Shown here piece after piece: positions 50,214 through 64,000 of a stretch of 64,000 nt of DNA; the stretch's first letter is position 1; the number at the start of each line of letters is the position of its first letter. Position numbers and translations under genes: made by a program. The DNA lies in NCBI GenBank assembly GCA_040437565.1, contig JBDOQK010000008.1, positions 186,001 to 250,000 of the forward strand. Direction: 5' to 3'. The stretch is from Albugo candida (Eukaryota). Below the pieces are notes generated by a model. That model searched no databases. It was not told where the DNA came from and saw only the letters and a program-made list of their open reading frames with translations.

Positions 50214-52820
50214 CTATTGAGTGACCTGTGCTTCTTTCAAAACTCGTAAAGCCTTTTTTGTGTCGCCTTTTTTCACAAGCACATACACCAGCAGCCGTAA
50301 TGACTCACGACATCCGGGGTTCTCTCTTACAGCTCGCGTCACACTGTCCTCTGCTTCTGGTGTCTTCCCTTGTAATAGTAGTGTCGTTGCGTTATTCACA
50401 TGAACACCCACACGGGCCTGAGATACCTACATAATAGAATTGTAGCATTTGATTCCAGAGTTGCATCTCGAATACCGTGGAAAATCGTACCTGAATTCCC
50501 TCCTCTCTAGCATACTCATCAGCCAGTGCCATAATATCACTTGAGCTATGAAGGATTTCCGTCGCCTCTGCAGCTCTTGAAAGCATGCAGAGAGCTTCAG
50601 TTGCATACATTACCGACAAGTAGCGATTGGCTTTAGAACATGTTCGTATACATAACATCTCTTTCGCATGTTTCAACGCAAGTCTGGGCTCATTCAAGCA
50701 CAGGTAGACATACGACAAATTGACCAATGCTTTTTGTCTCAACAGATCTAAAGCGCCCTGACTTATTGTCTCCATTTCTGTGGTTCCTCCTGCATTCCTC
50801 AGAGCTGTTTCTGAAGCAGTTCCATTTCTACAAGTTCGTACTAGTCGATTGTATAGAACCAAAACGTTACGGAAGCACTTGGCTGCGAATGATAGATTCA
50901 TCCTAGGTGTTTCTTCAACAAGCACCGTCAGTCTAGTATGGGTGAAAGTATGCAGAGCAGTCATACCTTCAGAGTTGGAGGTATCTGACGCTGTAGAAGG
51001 TGATCCTGGGATCGAATTTGATCTTGGCTTTGAATCAAAAACTTTTTCGCTGTGCACGCGCGTGGGAAGAATCACACGTCGATGTGATCCAGAGCCGATT
51101 ATACCTTCAATCAGCGCACTACGATTATCGGCAGTGTTGAATGCCTTTTGATGCTTTGCGAACGCGCGGGTACAGCATTCTCCCATTCGAAGCCATAATT
51201 TCGGCCGATTGTAAAATAAATTTGACGACATGTACAAACATCGAAACGCTAGAGCATGATCCCCTCTTAAAAGTAGCTGGACGCCGTTGTTGTATAATAT
51301 TTCATACTGGGAAGAGTTCTACGAAAACGCGATCAGAAGACATCCGCTGAGTATTTTGATGAGCTAAATACCGCTGTAGCCATGGAGTGATTGGAAATGT
51401 CCGCATTATATTCTTTAGCGGTATATGCCAAAGCTCGTGCGAAAAAAGAGCGTGCAGCACGACGCTGCCCTAATTGAAAATGAAGACATCCCATGTTGTT
51501 GAGAAAAATACTTTCGTCGACAGCATCACGTGAACACGATGCCAAGAGCTTGATGCATTTCTTGTAGTTTTTTCGCAAATATTCGAGATTGGCTTTAAGA
51601 AAAAGCGCAGTAGCATTTTGGACATCAAGAACTGATGAATTGCCTGGTATATGCATCGCATGTTTGTCATTTATGTCTTCCGAATCAGCTTCCCTGAATG
51701 TCTTTATCTCCTTCTGAAATATCTCCAATGCTGACTTCATCTCTTTCTTCACCGCTTTCAGTTTGCTTTGTAGCAACAACAGCTTTGCTCGATACAGATG
51801 TAGACGAAACTTGAACTCAACCACAATCAAAGTGTTCGTTTCCTTCCGCTTCTCTGAATCCAGCGAATTTGTACTGCTATGCCCACTGGATGTTGTGATA
51901 TTGGAGGAAGAGATTCCAGTGACTGCATTGGAATAATTTAACGTTGATGGTAGCGTGGAGTTCTGCGATGCGTTTGAGATCATGCTAGTCTCTGGCGACA
52001 TCCCTGGCTGCTCGCTTCCATGGTTTGGAATCATCCCTGTATGTAGCTTCTCAAGGTAAGCCATCACCGTTTGAGCATTTTTTAAGCTTCTCTGACGCTC
52101 CAGTTCGCTTGTCACACATCCTCGACTAGTATGGAGGACGATGTCGAGATAAAGAAAGCAAACATGCATTGCAAGCTTCTTATCTAGCATCACAATAGAA
52201 TGAACTAGACCTTCCAGGATATTCCTGGCAGATGCAAATTCTTTCTGAATGAATAATGCTGCTGCCAAATTATATCGAATGAAAAAAGCCTCTCGCTCTT
52301 TGTCGACATCTAACATAAGATCCACTGTACTATTTCCATTCATTGGCGCCTTTACCGTAGAGCCAGTAACGGTATCTAGGACATGATCTGTCGACGGTTC
52401 CAAGTATGCCTCCATTGCGCCAGTCGGCATCGCTAAGGAGCCTTTTACGTTGAATTTACCATCTTGAGTCTGATGGCTTTCTGTCGCATTCTCTACCAAC
52501 GCTTTCATCAATCCTCGTAGCTCGCACTCAAACTCTTTCGTGTTTGATCGCCCAGACACGAAATGTGCTACTGCCAAATTATGCTGCACTTTAAAGTCCC
52601 TTTCGGGTGCAATTTCGCTGACCAATTTGTCCAGCGCATCGATAGCTTCCGCGTATTTCCCGGCACTACACAACAGCTGCATAAGAATATAAACAACCTT
52701 TTTGGAAACGAGACTGTGTGCGTTGCATGATCGTTTTTTGCATTCTTACTTGAATTTTTGTTGTGCGCGATGCGCTAATGAGAATTTGTTCGTTTTACCA
52801 CGCGGGAGCGATCCAGACAT
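50214..52820 (-). CDS. CNOT10: CCR4-NOT complex subunit 10 (TPR-like), multi-exon
   Basis: KVQHNLAVA, LFLKANLEYLRKNYKKCIKLL, NNMGCLHF, ILYNNGVQLL, PKLWLRMGECC and YATEALCML. Confidence 0.9.
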
Positions 52821-53267
52821 GATGCATATACGTGTGCACTATCTGAAGCGGAATTGGAAAATGAGGAGGGAAAGATGAGAAATAAACGTCAAAAGAGTTT
52901 CCTTACATCAAATTTGTGGGCTTCTCGTCGCAACCAACGCCAAAAAATACCAAAAGCCCTGATTGCTCTAAAGTTAGGTGGAGCACNNNNNNNNNNNNNN
53001 NNNNNNNNNNNNNNNNNNNNNNNNNNNNNNNNNNNNNNNNNNNNNNNNNNNNNNNNNNNNNNNNNNNNNNNNNNNNNNNNNNNNNNGTCAGGTGGGATCG
53101 GTGGATTGGCTGTAAGAAGTAAATGTCGATAGTGTTTCATGGAATTGTTGCGAAAATGAATGGAACAGTTTGTTTTTTATGGCTTATCAATTCTAGCTAG
53201 CAGAATACAAGTCGCACGGGAAGCGATTCGAAAGAACATAACATTATTTCACAGAAATCAATAGCTC

Positions 53268-54934
53268 TCAGTCCGTATACTTTGTAACATGATGAACGCC
53301 GAGTTCTTCAGGAGATACGGTCAAGCCTGAATCTATTTCGTCATTTGCTCCATCGTTCTAAAGATGGCAGAAAGCGCCGTTAGAGGGTGCGAATTCGCAA
53401 ATTAAGATCACATTCACATACCGCTCGTAATAACGTTTCTTTTCGTACGTTATCCTCCAAATATTCGACAATTTCTTCAAAGGTAGGACGAATCGATTGA
53501 TCATCGGATGTGCATCGTTCATACAATTCTCGAACACTCTTCATGCAATTTGAGCTGAGAGACGGCCGTAGATTCTCGTACGCTACCATGTGCATCAAGG
53601 TACTTCCAGAAACCTTTTTATTCCGAGCACCGCGAGCTTTTATATCATGATATGGGATTTTTCTCGTGTCCAGTTCGGACAAAACTGTTGCGATAATATA
53701 GAGAGTCAATAAACCGCTTCTCAGCAGAAAACAGTACGACGGCATACCTATTCCAAAACTATAAACATCAGCTTTTTCTGTGTATCGCTCTCCTCGGATC
53801 ATTTCTGGAGGCAACCATAATGGTGTGCCCGTGACGCTCATGGTCTCATCCATCGACTTTTCTCGACTCAATCCAAAGTCGCTCACCTTGGTCACCCATG
53901 TCGAGCTCACCAAGATATTCATACTTTTCAAGTCACGATGTATTATCGGTGGATTCATGCTGTGTAGATATGCCATTCCTCTCGATGTGGCGATGGTCAT
54001 TCCAAGAATTGGTTCGGCCCAAGTGAGTTTGTTTTTCGGATTTCGTAATACTGCAAACAGATCTCCTCGTTCTAAATATTCTGTAACAAAACAACTGAAC
54101 AAATCGAAAGTGAGTCATCAGGTCTGATCACAAGTGCAAGAGAAAGATGCTTACATATTGGAGTATGAATTCCAGCTTGCACCAATAAACTATTATTCAG
54201 ATACAATGAAATGGACTGGTCAGTTTTCTGAATGGAATGACATATCGATAAATCCTTACTTGGACAATGCTAGGATGTCGAAGGTTCATCATTAGCTGTA
54301 TCTCTTCACCAAACATTCTCAAGTTCTCCTCGTTGATTTTACCGCGTAACATCCGTTTCACGACAACAGGAGTCCCACAATATGTCCCTTTGATGACTTC
54401 ACCGAAAGCGCCGGCTCCAATGATTTTGTCTAATTTCAGGTCATGAAAATTGATGCTGGCCATGCGTAATCCATTTTGTGTTTCTAGAATTGATTCGACA
54501 ACATTCTTTTCACGATCTTTGAAGTCTTGAAAGTCTACAGTATTTCTCATTTGGTGCATAGCTTCTGAGGTGATTTGTGCCTCTGAGCCTGAGGAATGCT
54601 TTCGATGCTCTGGAGATGCTGATGGAGCTAGTGGTTCTCTACTTTTTCCATGATTATCAGACCCATTTCTTGTCCGACGAGAAGGCTCGCGTTTTCCAGG
54701 ATTGTCACGGCGGTGACGATCACGATCATTAGACCCATGTCCATTTCGATCCTTACCAGAGCGGTCAGCAGTCTGTTGTGCACGTGACTTGGATGAGCCA
54801 TCATGCCGATTGCTTGATTGTTGTGGTCGACGAGGTTCACTTGGCGTTCGATTCGGCACTACGGTCTCCACATTAATGGGCTGATTCATTGGATTTCGGT
54901 TGCCCGATTTGGAACGTGAAGCACATGCACCCAT
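53268..54934 (-). CDS. TKL protein kinase with predicted N-myristoylation/palmitoylation (MGAC)
   Basis: IGAGAFGEV, VVVKR, HPSIVQ, HRDLKSMN, DFGLSRE and GTPLWLPPE; N-terminal MGACAS. Confidence 0.92.
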
Positions 54935-55560
54935 TGTTCTGTTGTCTGTTTGATAGCTGGCTTGTATCTGGGGACACAAGTAGCGAAATGGTTCAAGTCT
55001 TGCAGTAAAAGCACAATGTTTAACCTCGTACGTGGCTTTGTGGCGGCTTTTCTTGCAAAATGTATGCTGGAGCTTACCGGTACTGGAAGAGAGCTCAAGA
55101 GAGTCAAAAGGTTTTGGTCAAGTTAAATGGAAAAACTGACTTGATGCTATAGTTAGCAAAACATAGAACAGTGACATTACTTCTGACCGACAAATACGTG
55201 GATGTTAGTGGAGCCTTTGCGGGCAATTTGCCCCAACAGGTTTTTTTTAGAAAACACCTTTACATGACACGTTTTGGTGTGGAATAAAGCGCTTATACGT
55301 TTTCAGAAACAGAATGTATCGCACTGTCACTTGTATGTAGTTCAGTGTATGCGTTGTTTTGACGAGGTATGCGAGCATGAAGGTTTAGTAAAGGGATATC
55401 CAAAGACATAGGGTGATTATTGGTAATGGAAGGGTGGGAATGCAAAAGCCTTACAAAACGTGTAGTAACAGTCTATCGCGTTGTACCCACGGGAAGGAAT
55501 GATGGTAAATTGAGCTTTTTGAAGTGATTTTCTGACTGACTGCTACAAAGCCATTGCGCG

Positions 55561-55635
55561 TCTATTAAGCTTACTTTTGATTGCCTGACTGTGCATCTAT
55601 TAAGCTTATTTTTGATTGCCTGACTGTGCATCTAT
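55561..55635. repeat. 35-nt tandem repeat, 2.1 copies, intergenic
   Basis: tctattaagcttaYttttgattgcctgactgtgca twice plus tctat, one mismatch. Confidence 0.9.
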
Positions 55636-57058
55636 CTTATTTTCGCTGTGCGTCGACGACGAGCAAAGAGTCATCTATTGGCAATAACACCGCATTGCAA
55701 TTGCATGTATTACTTATATGAGAGTTCTGATAATTCTGTCCCTTACATGTTGTCATCAGTATGTTGCTAGACACCTAATCAGCTGAGCTTCGAATAATTC
55801 GATCGTGCTTTCGAACTTTTCAATTAGGAACGCAGTTTGACAGATTTCCATATACGAACAAGTTTGTTAGACAAAATGCGCTGTTGGCTACGGCGAAGCC
55901 AATTACCAATTACTCAGCTCAACTTCCACTGGCTGGCATGCACTCAGATTCGCCGTAATATCGTGGACGCCACCTAGTATCTGAATGGAAAAGTCATCAT
56001 GGGTATGCTGAATTTATCGGCTAGTCATTGCTGATCGATTTGAGATGAAGTGTGGCTATAGACCTAGTATACTGATCCGGAAGTGTCAAGGCGATGGTTT
56101 TGCCGATTTCTTAATACTCCGATGATAATGATTGCCAAAACCACGATACAAAACTTTCTCAGTATACTAAAGATATGGCCAGTGACCAAAATTCACTGAC
56201 GACTCCACCGATATCATAAGGAGAAGAGTCCTTATCGCTTTCTTCATCTATCATCATCTATTATAGGTGATTAGTGCGCAAGTTGTCGCTCACCAGACGG
56301 ACCTTTAACGTGCGCTTAGGTAGACTTCGACGTAAACGGCGCCTTCGCGCTACGAATTCATGTCCTGGCGGCTCTGTCGGACAATACACATCGAGTGCAA
56401 GGTTGTTGCAATAAGTACTTGCTTTACACCCTTTTGGTATGGGTCGTTGACATGCACATCCTTCTCAGAATACTTTCTTAAAGTGACAAATCCTGTAGGT
56501 CGGCTCCTTCACATTTTGTCTACAGCATTGCACGTCGCTCATCAAGATTGCATTCTCAAGTCCATAGATTGCGTCTCGGTTTGCTTGGATAGGTAGACAA
56601 AAGATGATGAAGAATGCGATGATAATAATACTACGGATGGGATATACCATACTTTCTATCCAAGTTTTTGTGCAATTGCTCGATTTCTCCCATTGCCTTA
56701 GACATCACAAACTTCTTCCTCGCAGCAATCGAAGAACCGCTTTCTAGCAGCAACGAGATAAATTTCCTTGCGAATACTGCTCCTGACAAAAAGGTGACGT
56801 AAGAAGCGAAATCAGCACGGAGACGTTTCTTTTATCTTCAACGAAAATCTACTTATCAAAGTGAAAGGTCCTACGAGCTCACAGTATACTTCATGTTCCT
56901 TTACGAACGTCTGAGCTGCAAAATCAAAGAAGACCTCGTTTATAACACGGCTGTGTGTATCCCGTAGGTTGTCTCGCATCTAGTGTTAAGTTCGGATTTC
57001 AAGGGAACGAAAAATTGAGTCCATTGATACGCTCGCTGCTCAGTCGAATTCTTCGATA

Positions 57059-60000
57059 ATGTCTCCCCCAAATCCCTCAGCATACGATGAAGCAAACTTT
57101 CATTTCGACGAAGATAGACCTCCTGGTGAATTACCCAATAAAGATATTACGATGCAGCATTACGGGCATCAAGAAACAAGTATTCTCCAAGAACGTAGTC
57201 GACATTGGGATAAACTGAATGCAAAGCGATACGGCGATAAGCGACGATTCGGCTTTGTGGAATCAGTAAAGGATGATATGCCTCCCGAACACGTACGAAA
57301 AATCATCAAAGATCATGGCGATATGAGCTCTAAGAAATTCCGTCACGACAAAAGAGTGTATTTAGGCGCTCTCAAATACGTCCCACACGCTGTGTTCAAG
57401 CTGCTGGAAAACATGCCGATGCCCTGGCAACAGGCCAAAGACGTCAAGATCTTGTACCACATCACTGGAGCAATCACATTTGTCAATGAGATTCCTTGGG
57501 TTATAGAACCCGTTTACATCGCTCAATGGGGAACAATGTGGATCATGATGAGAAGAGAAAAGCGAGATCGTCGTCACTTTAAACGAATGCGATTTCCTCC
57601 CTTTGATGATGAAGAGCCTCCTCTCGACTATGGGGACAATCTGCTCGATGTTGAACCTTCAGAGCCAATTGTGATGGAATTGGATGAAGAAGATGATGAA
57701 GCAGTAATCAATTGGCTGTACGAACCAAAACCTCTGATTGATTCTCCGTACTTGAATGGTCCCAGTTACCGCAAGTGGAAACTTCCCGTTCCCATAATGG
57801 CCAATTTGTATCGCTTAGCAGGGCAACTGATGAGTGACTTGAATGATCCGAATTACGAATTTCTCTTTGACAAGAAATCGTTTTTCACCGCTAAAGCATT
57901 AAACGTCTCTATTCCCGGTGGTCCGAAATTTGAGCCGCTGTATCGTGATTTGGAGGAAGAAGATGAAGACTGGAATGAATTCAATGACGTCAATAAAATC
58001 ATCATCCGACATCAGATTCGGACCGAGTATAAAGTTGCATTCCCGTTCTTGTACAATAGTCGACCGCGATCGGTACATATCCAGCCATATCACACTCCTG
58101 CACTGTGTTACGTGAAGGCTGAGGACCCGGATTTGCCAGCGTTTTATTTCGATCCCATCGTGAATCCTATTTCCAATTTTCGAGTAAATCGGAATAAGAA
58201 AAAAGATGTGAAAGCAATGGAACAGCAGGACGCAGAAGAAGGCGGGGAGGAAGAAGTATTCCAAGTTCCTGCTGGCTTCGCACCGCTTTTAGCCGAGGAA
58301 CCTCTATACAACAGTAACACTGCAAATGGCATCTCATTGTATTGGGCACCAAGACCATTCAATCTTCGCACGGGTCGAACACGAAGAGCTTTCGATGTCC
58401 CACTTGTCAATAAATGGTTCCAAGAGCATTGTCCTCCTGGTCAGCCGGTCAAAGTGCGAGTCAGCTACCAAAAGCTTCTGAAATGCTGGGTTTTGAACGC
58501 ATTGCATCACCGCAGACCTAAAGCGCTAAATAAAAAATATCTGCTCAAGTCGCTCAAATCAACAAAGTTCTTTCAAAGTACCGAGCTCGAGTGGGTTGAG
58601 GCTGGTCTTCAGGTGTGTCGTCAAGGATACAATATGCTCAATCTCTTGATACATCGCAAAAATCTCAATTACTTGCATTTGGACTACAATTTCAATTTGA
58701 AACCAATCAAGACATTGACGACCAAAGAGCGTAAAAAGTCTCGTTTCGGAAACGCGTTCCATCTCACTCGTGAGATTTTACGGCTCACAAAGCTGATTGT
58801 CGATGCCCATGTTCAGTATCGCCTTGGTAATGTCGACGCCTTCCAGCTTGCTGACGGATTACAATACATATTTGCTCATGTTGGCCAACTCACCGGCATG
58901 TATCGATACAAGTATCGTTTGATGCGTCAAATACGAATGTGTAAAGATTTGAAGCATTTGATATACTATCGATTCAACACTGGACCTGTGGGTAAAGGAC
59001 CAGGGTGTGGATTTTGGGCTCCTGGATGGCGAGTATGGCTATTTTTCCTAAGAGGCATTGTTCCACTTCTTGAACGATGGCTCGGTAATCTCTTGGCTCG
59101 TCAATTTGAAGGCCGGCATTCCAAAGGCATCGCGAAAACCGTTACCAAACAACGTGTGGAGTCTCACTATGACTTGGAACTTCGTGCTGCCGTGATGCAT
59201 GACATTTTGGACATGATGCCCGAAGGTGTAAAAGCCAATAAAGCAAGAATCATTCTTCAGCACTTGAGCGAAGCTTGGCGGTGCTGGAAAGCAAATATTC
59301 CATGGAAAGTTCCTGGACTACCCGCACCAGTGGAAAATATGATCTTGCGTTATGTCAAATCAAAAGCCGACTGGTGGACGAATGTTGCACACTACAATCG
59401 CGAACGTATCAAAAGAGGTGCAACGGTCGACAAAACGGTCTGCAAGAAGAATCTTGGACGGCTCACACGTCTCTGGCTCAAAGCAGAGCAGGAACGTCAG
59501 CACAATTACCTCAANNNNNNNNNNNNNNNNNNNNNNNNNNNNNNNNNNNNNNNNNNNNNNNNNNNNNNNNNNNNNNNNNNNNNNNNNNNNNNNNNNNNNN
59601 NNNNNNNNNNNNNNATGGCTCGGTAATCTCTTGGCTCGTCAATTTGAAGGCCGGCATTCCAAAGGCATCGCGAAAACCGTTACCAAACAACGTGTGGAGT
59701 CTCACTATGACTTGGAACTTCGTGCTGCCGTGATGCATGACATTTTGGACATGATGCCCGAAGGTGTAAAAGCCAATAAAGCAAGAATCATTCTTCAGCA
59801 CTTGAGCGAAGCTTGGCGGTGCTGGAAAGCAAATATTCCATGGAAAGTTCCTGGACTACCCGCACCAGTGGAAAATATGATCTTGCGTTATGTCAAATCA
59901 AAAGCCGACTGGTGGACGAATGTTGCACACTACAATCGCGAACGTATCAAAAGAGGTGCAACGGTCGACAAAACGGTCTGCAAGAAGAATCTTGGACGGC

Positions 60001-63000
60001 TCACACGTCTCTGGCTCAAAGCAGAGCAGGAACGTCAGCACAATTACCTCAAAGATGGTCCGTACGTTTCTCCCGAGGAAGCAGTTGCCATCTATACAAC
60101 CACGGTCCATTGGCTCGAGAGTCGCAAGTTTGCACCGATTCCTTTCCCTCCATTATCGTACAAACACGACACCAAATTGCTCATTTTGGCATTGGAACGA
60201 TTGAAGGAGAATTACGCGGTCAATAGCCGACTTAATCAATCACATCGTGAGGAATTGGGTCTCATTGAGCAAGCGTACGACAATCCACACGAAGCACTTT
60301 CACGTATCAAACGACATTTACTCACTCAACGCGCTTTCAAAGAAGTTGGCATCGACTTTATGGATCTATACAGCCACTTGATTCCTGTGTACGATGTCGA
60401 GCCACTCGAGAAGATAACGGATGCGTATCTCGATCAGTATCTTTGGTATGAGGCGGATAAGCGTCATCTCTTCCCTTCCTGGATCAAACCAAGCGACTCG
60501 GAACCACCTCCTTTGCTGGTGTACAAGTGGTGCCAAGGCGTCAACAACTTGCATCAAATATGGGATACTTCTGAAGAGAAATGCGTGGTTATGCTCGAAT
60601 CCAAATTGGAAAAAGTGTACGAAAAAATCGACTTGACTCTACTCAATCGTTTGTTGAGACTCATTGTCGATCACAACATTGCTGACTACATGACAGCCAA
60701 GAATAATATCGTGATTGCCTACAAGGATATGATGCACACCAATTCGTACGGACTCATTCGTGGCCTTCAGTTTGGCTCGTTCATATTCCAGTACTATGGT
60801 CTCGTCCTTGATCTCTTACTGCTTGGATTGACTCGTGCTTCTGAGCTTGCCGGTCCTCCAGAATTACCGAATGAGTATTTATCGTTTAAAGATACAGCCA
60901 CAGAGATACGTCATCCGATTCGACTATACACTCGATACATTGGCCAAATATTTGTTCTCTTCCAGTTTGACGCTGAAGATTCTCGTGATCTGATTCAGCG
61001 ATATTTGACCGAGCATCCAGACCCAAATAATGAGAACGTTGTCGGCTATAACAATAAGAAATGCTGGCCACGAGATGCACGTATGCGCTTGATGAAACAT
61101 GATGTCAATTTGGGCCGAGCCACATTTTGGGATATGAAGAATCGATTGCCGCGATCGCTCACGACACTTGACTGGGAAAACAGCTTTGTCTCTATCTACA
61201 GTAAAGACAATCCAAACTTGCTGTTCAGTATGAGTGGGTTTGAAGTGCGTGTTTTGCCCAAGATCCGAGCTAACGAGGATACGTTCACGCACAAAGATGG
61301 CGTGTGGATTCTTCAGAATGATACGACAAAAGAGAGAACCGCACAAGCGTACCTCCGAGTAGACGACGAGTCAATGCGCTCGTTTGAGAATCGTATTCGT
61401 CAAATTCTGATGTCGTCAGGAAGCACAACCTTCACCAAAATCGCGAATAAATGGAATTCGGCATTGATTGGTCTCATGACATACTTTCGAGAATCAGTGG
61501 TCCAAACGCAAGAACTACTCGATCTGCTTGTCAAGTGCGAAAACAAGATACAAACTCGGATCAAAATTGGTCTCAACTCGAAAATGCCGTCTCGTTTTCC
61601 ACCGGTTGTTTTCTACACACCAAAAGAATTGGGCGGATTGGGAATGCTTTCAATGGGTCATGTCTTAATCCCACAATCAGATCTTCGATACTCAAAACAA
61701 ACGGATGGTGGTGTGACGCATTTTCGATCTGGAATGTCACACGAAGAAGATCAGCTGATTCCAAACTTGTTTCGATACATTCAGCCGTGGGAGTCTGAAT
61801 TTATTGATTCTCAGCGAGTTTGGGCCGAATATGCTCTCAAACGGCAGGAAGCAAATGCTCAGAATCGTCGACTAACGCTGGAAGATTTGGAAGATTCGTG
61901 GGATCGTGGGATCCCTCGTATCAACACGCTCTTCCAGAAAGATCGACACACGTTGGCGTATGATAAAGGCTGGCGAATGCGCACCGACTTTAAGCGATAT
62001 CAACTGCTGCGTCAGAATCCGTTCTGGTGGACACATCAGCGCCATGACGGGAAATTATGGAATCTCAACAATTATCGAACGGATATGATTCAGGCGCTGG
62101 GCGGTGTTGAAGGCATTTTGGAGCACACACTATTCAAAGGAACTTACTTTCCAACATGGGAAGGCCTGTTTTGGGAAAAAGCATCAGGATTCGAGGAAAG
62201 CATGAAGTATAAAAAGCTTACAAACGCGCAGCGTTCAGGTCTGAATCAGATCCCAAATCGTCGATTCACATTGTGGTGGTCTCCAACAATCAATCGAGCA
62301 AATGTGTACGTGGGATTTCAGGTTCAATTGGATCTGACTGGAATCTTCATGCATGGTAAAATACCGACTTTGAAGATTTCGCTGATCCAAATATTCCGAG
62401 CTCACTTGTGGCAGAAGATCCATGAGTCTCTGGTAATGGATTTGTGTCAAGTTTTTGATCAGGAGCTGGATGCTTTGGAGATTGAAAACGTTCAAAAAGA
62501 AACCATTCATCCTCGAAAATCGTACAAAATGAATTCCTCGTGTGCAGATATTCTTCTGTTTGCTGCATATAAATGGCAGATGAGTCGACCGTCCTTGCTA
62601 CACGATACGAAAGATAGCTTTGACGGGTCAACGAACGGCACAAAGTATTGGATTGACGTACAGCTTCGTTGGGGAGATTTCGACTCACACGATGTAGAAC
62701 GTTACGCTCGAGCGAAATTCTTGGATTATACCACTGACAACATGACTATATATCCGTCCCCGACCGGTGTGCTGTTGGCAGTAGATTTGGCCTACAATCT
62801 GTACAGCGGGTACGGCAACTGGTTCCCTGGAGGAAAGCCTCTTTTGCAGCAAGCGATGGCTAAAATCATGAAAGCCAATCCAGCGTTATACGTATTGCGC
62901 GAACGTATCCGTAAAGGTCTCCAACTGTACTCTTCCGAGCCGACTGAACCATATTTGTCGAGTCAAAACTATGGAGAGCTATTTTCAAATCAGATCATTT

Positions 63001-64000
63001 GGTTCGTGGATGACACCAATGTGTATCGTGTCACCATCCACAAGACATTTGAAGGCAATCTGACCACGAAACCCATCAATGGAGCCATCTTCATCTTCAA
63101 TCCTCGAACTGGTCAGCTTTTCCTGAAAATCATTCATACGTCAGTGTGGGCCGGACAAAAGCGTTTGGGACAACTTGCAAAATGGAAGACTGCCGAAGAA
63201 GTAGCTGCCTTAATCCGCTCTTTGCCTGTGGAAGAGCAACCGAAACAGATCATTGTGACAAGAAAAGGAATGCTGGACCCACTAGAGGTCCATCTTTTAG
63301 ACTTTCCAAACATTGTCATCAAGGGAAGTGAGTTGCAACTACCATTCCAAGCGTGTCTCAAAGTTGAGAAATTTGGAGATTTGATACTGAAAGCAACTGA
63401 GCCTCAGATGGTTTTGTTCAACATCTATGACGACTGGCTGAATACGATCACATCGTACACGGCTTTCTCGCGTCTGATTCTGATTTTGAGAGCGCTGCAT
63501 GTTAGCAGTGATCGAACAAAAATGATTCTACGTCCAGATGCAACGACCACGACACAACCACACCATATCTGGCCAACACTCAGTGATGAACAATGGCTCA
63601 AAGTCGAAGTCCAACTGAAAGATTTGATTCTTGGAGACTACGGAAAGAAAAACAATGTCAACGTGGCATCCTTGACCCAATCTGAGATTCGAGATATCAT
63701 TCTGGGAATGGAAATTTCGGCTCCTTCACTGCAGCGCCAACAAATGGCAGAAATTGAGAAACAAGCACGAGAACAGAGCCAACTGACCGCAGTGACCACC
63801 AAAACTGTCAATGTGCATGGAGATGAGATGGTAGTCACCACAACCAGCCAGTATGAACAGCATTCTTTCGCGTCGAAAACGGACTGGCGCGTTCGAGCTA
63901 TCTCTGCCACCAATTTGCACTTGCGAACACATCACATTTACGTGTCGTCAGAGGACATTCAGGAGGCCGGATGCACATACGTGCTTCCCAAAAATATCCT
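57059..64000 (+). CDS. PRP8: Pre-mRNA-processing-splicing factor 8, apparently intronless, runs off the window; internal gap duplication
   Basis: [36 protein letters not shown], RNase H-like DDTNVYRVT and [10 protein letters not shown]. Confidence 0.99.
59077..60052. repeat. 438-nt direct duplication (59077-59514 = 59615-60052) flanking a 100-N gap inside PRP8
   Basis: Identical sequence at offset 538; removing one copy restores a continuous PRP8 frame. Confidence 0.96.

Noticed and set aside
55561..55635. CRISPR-like repeat
   Set aside because: Two adjacent copies with no spacer, no cas genes and a eukaryotic context.
59077..60052. Internal duplication or split of PRP8
   Set aside because: Identical copies flank a 100-N gap; this is an assembly overlap.
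62170..62200. Intein in PRP8
   Set aside because: The classical insertion site reads EKA-SGFEES uninterrupted, and the overall length after removing the gap duplication fits an intein-free PRP8.
59813..63935. Numerous short ORFs in the track overlapping PRP8 and other genes
   Set aside because: Alternative-frame or antisense shadows of conserved genes with no recognisable motifs.

Overview
This is a very gene-dense eukaryotic window with about 30 protein-coding genes, short (~50-65 nt) spliceosomal introns and intergenic gaps often under 200 nt. Gene content points to an oomycete: DAP-pathway dapA with introns, a secreted tyrosinase, TKL kinases, CxxxxC...HGGG zinc-finger repeats and flagellar genes. 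The compactness and retained flagellar genes suggest Albugo (inference). Recognised genes include an RluA-type pseudouridine synthase, EFHC/Rib72, PSMD5, TFIIH p52, a USP deubiquitinase, dynein light chain, TXNL4B, SmE, carnitine acyltransferase, dapA, Mad3/BubR1, SF1/BBP, POLE2, ADH class III, argininosuccinate synthase, a syntaxin, CNOT10 and PRP8 (running off the 3' end). Of seven 100-N scaffold gaps, five are flanked by direct duplications that look like uncollapsed contig overlaps or haplotypes. I found no CRISPR, rRNA, tRNA, intein or recognisable transposon, and no clear multi-gene novel system. The best leads are single genes: an ADF-H x2 + ubiquitin-like + kinase protein, an Stc1-like zinc finger + triple SH3b-like protein, two apparent pseudo-enzymes, a USP with a GRF-like zinc-finger insertion, a kinase-less Mad3, two GC-AG introns and an unusually divergent duplicated secreted-protein leader. 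Exon boundaries were read by eye and are not transcript-verified.
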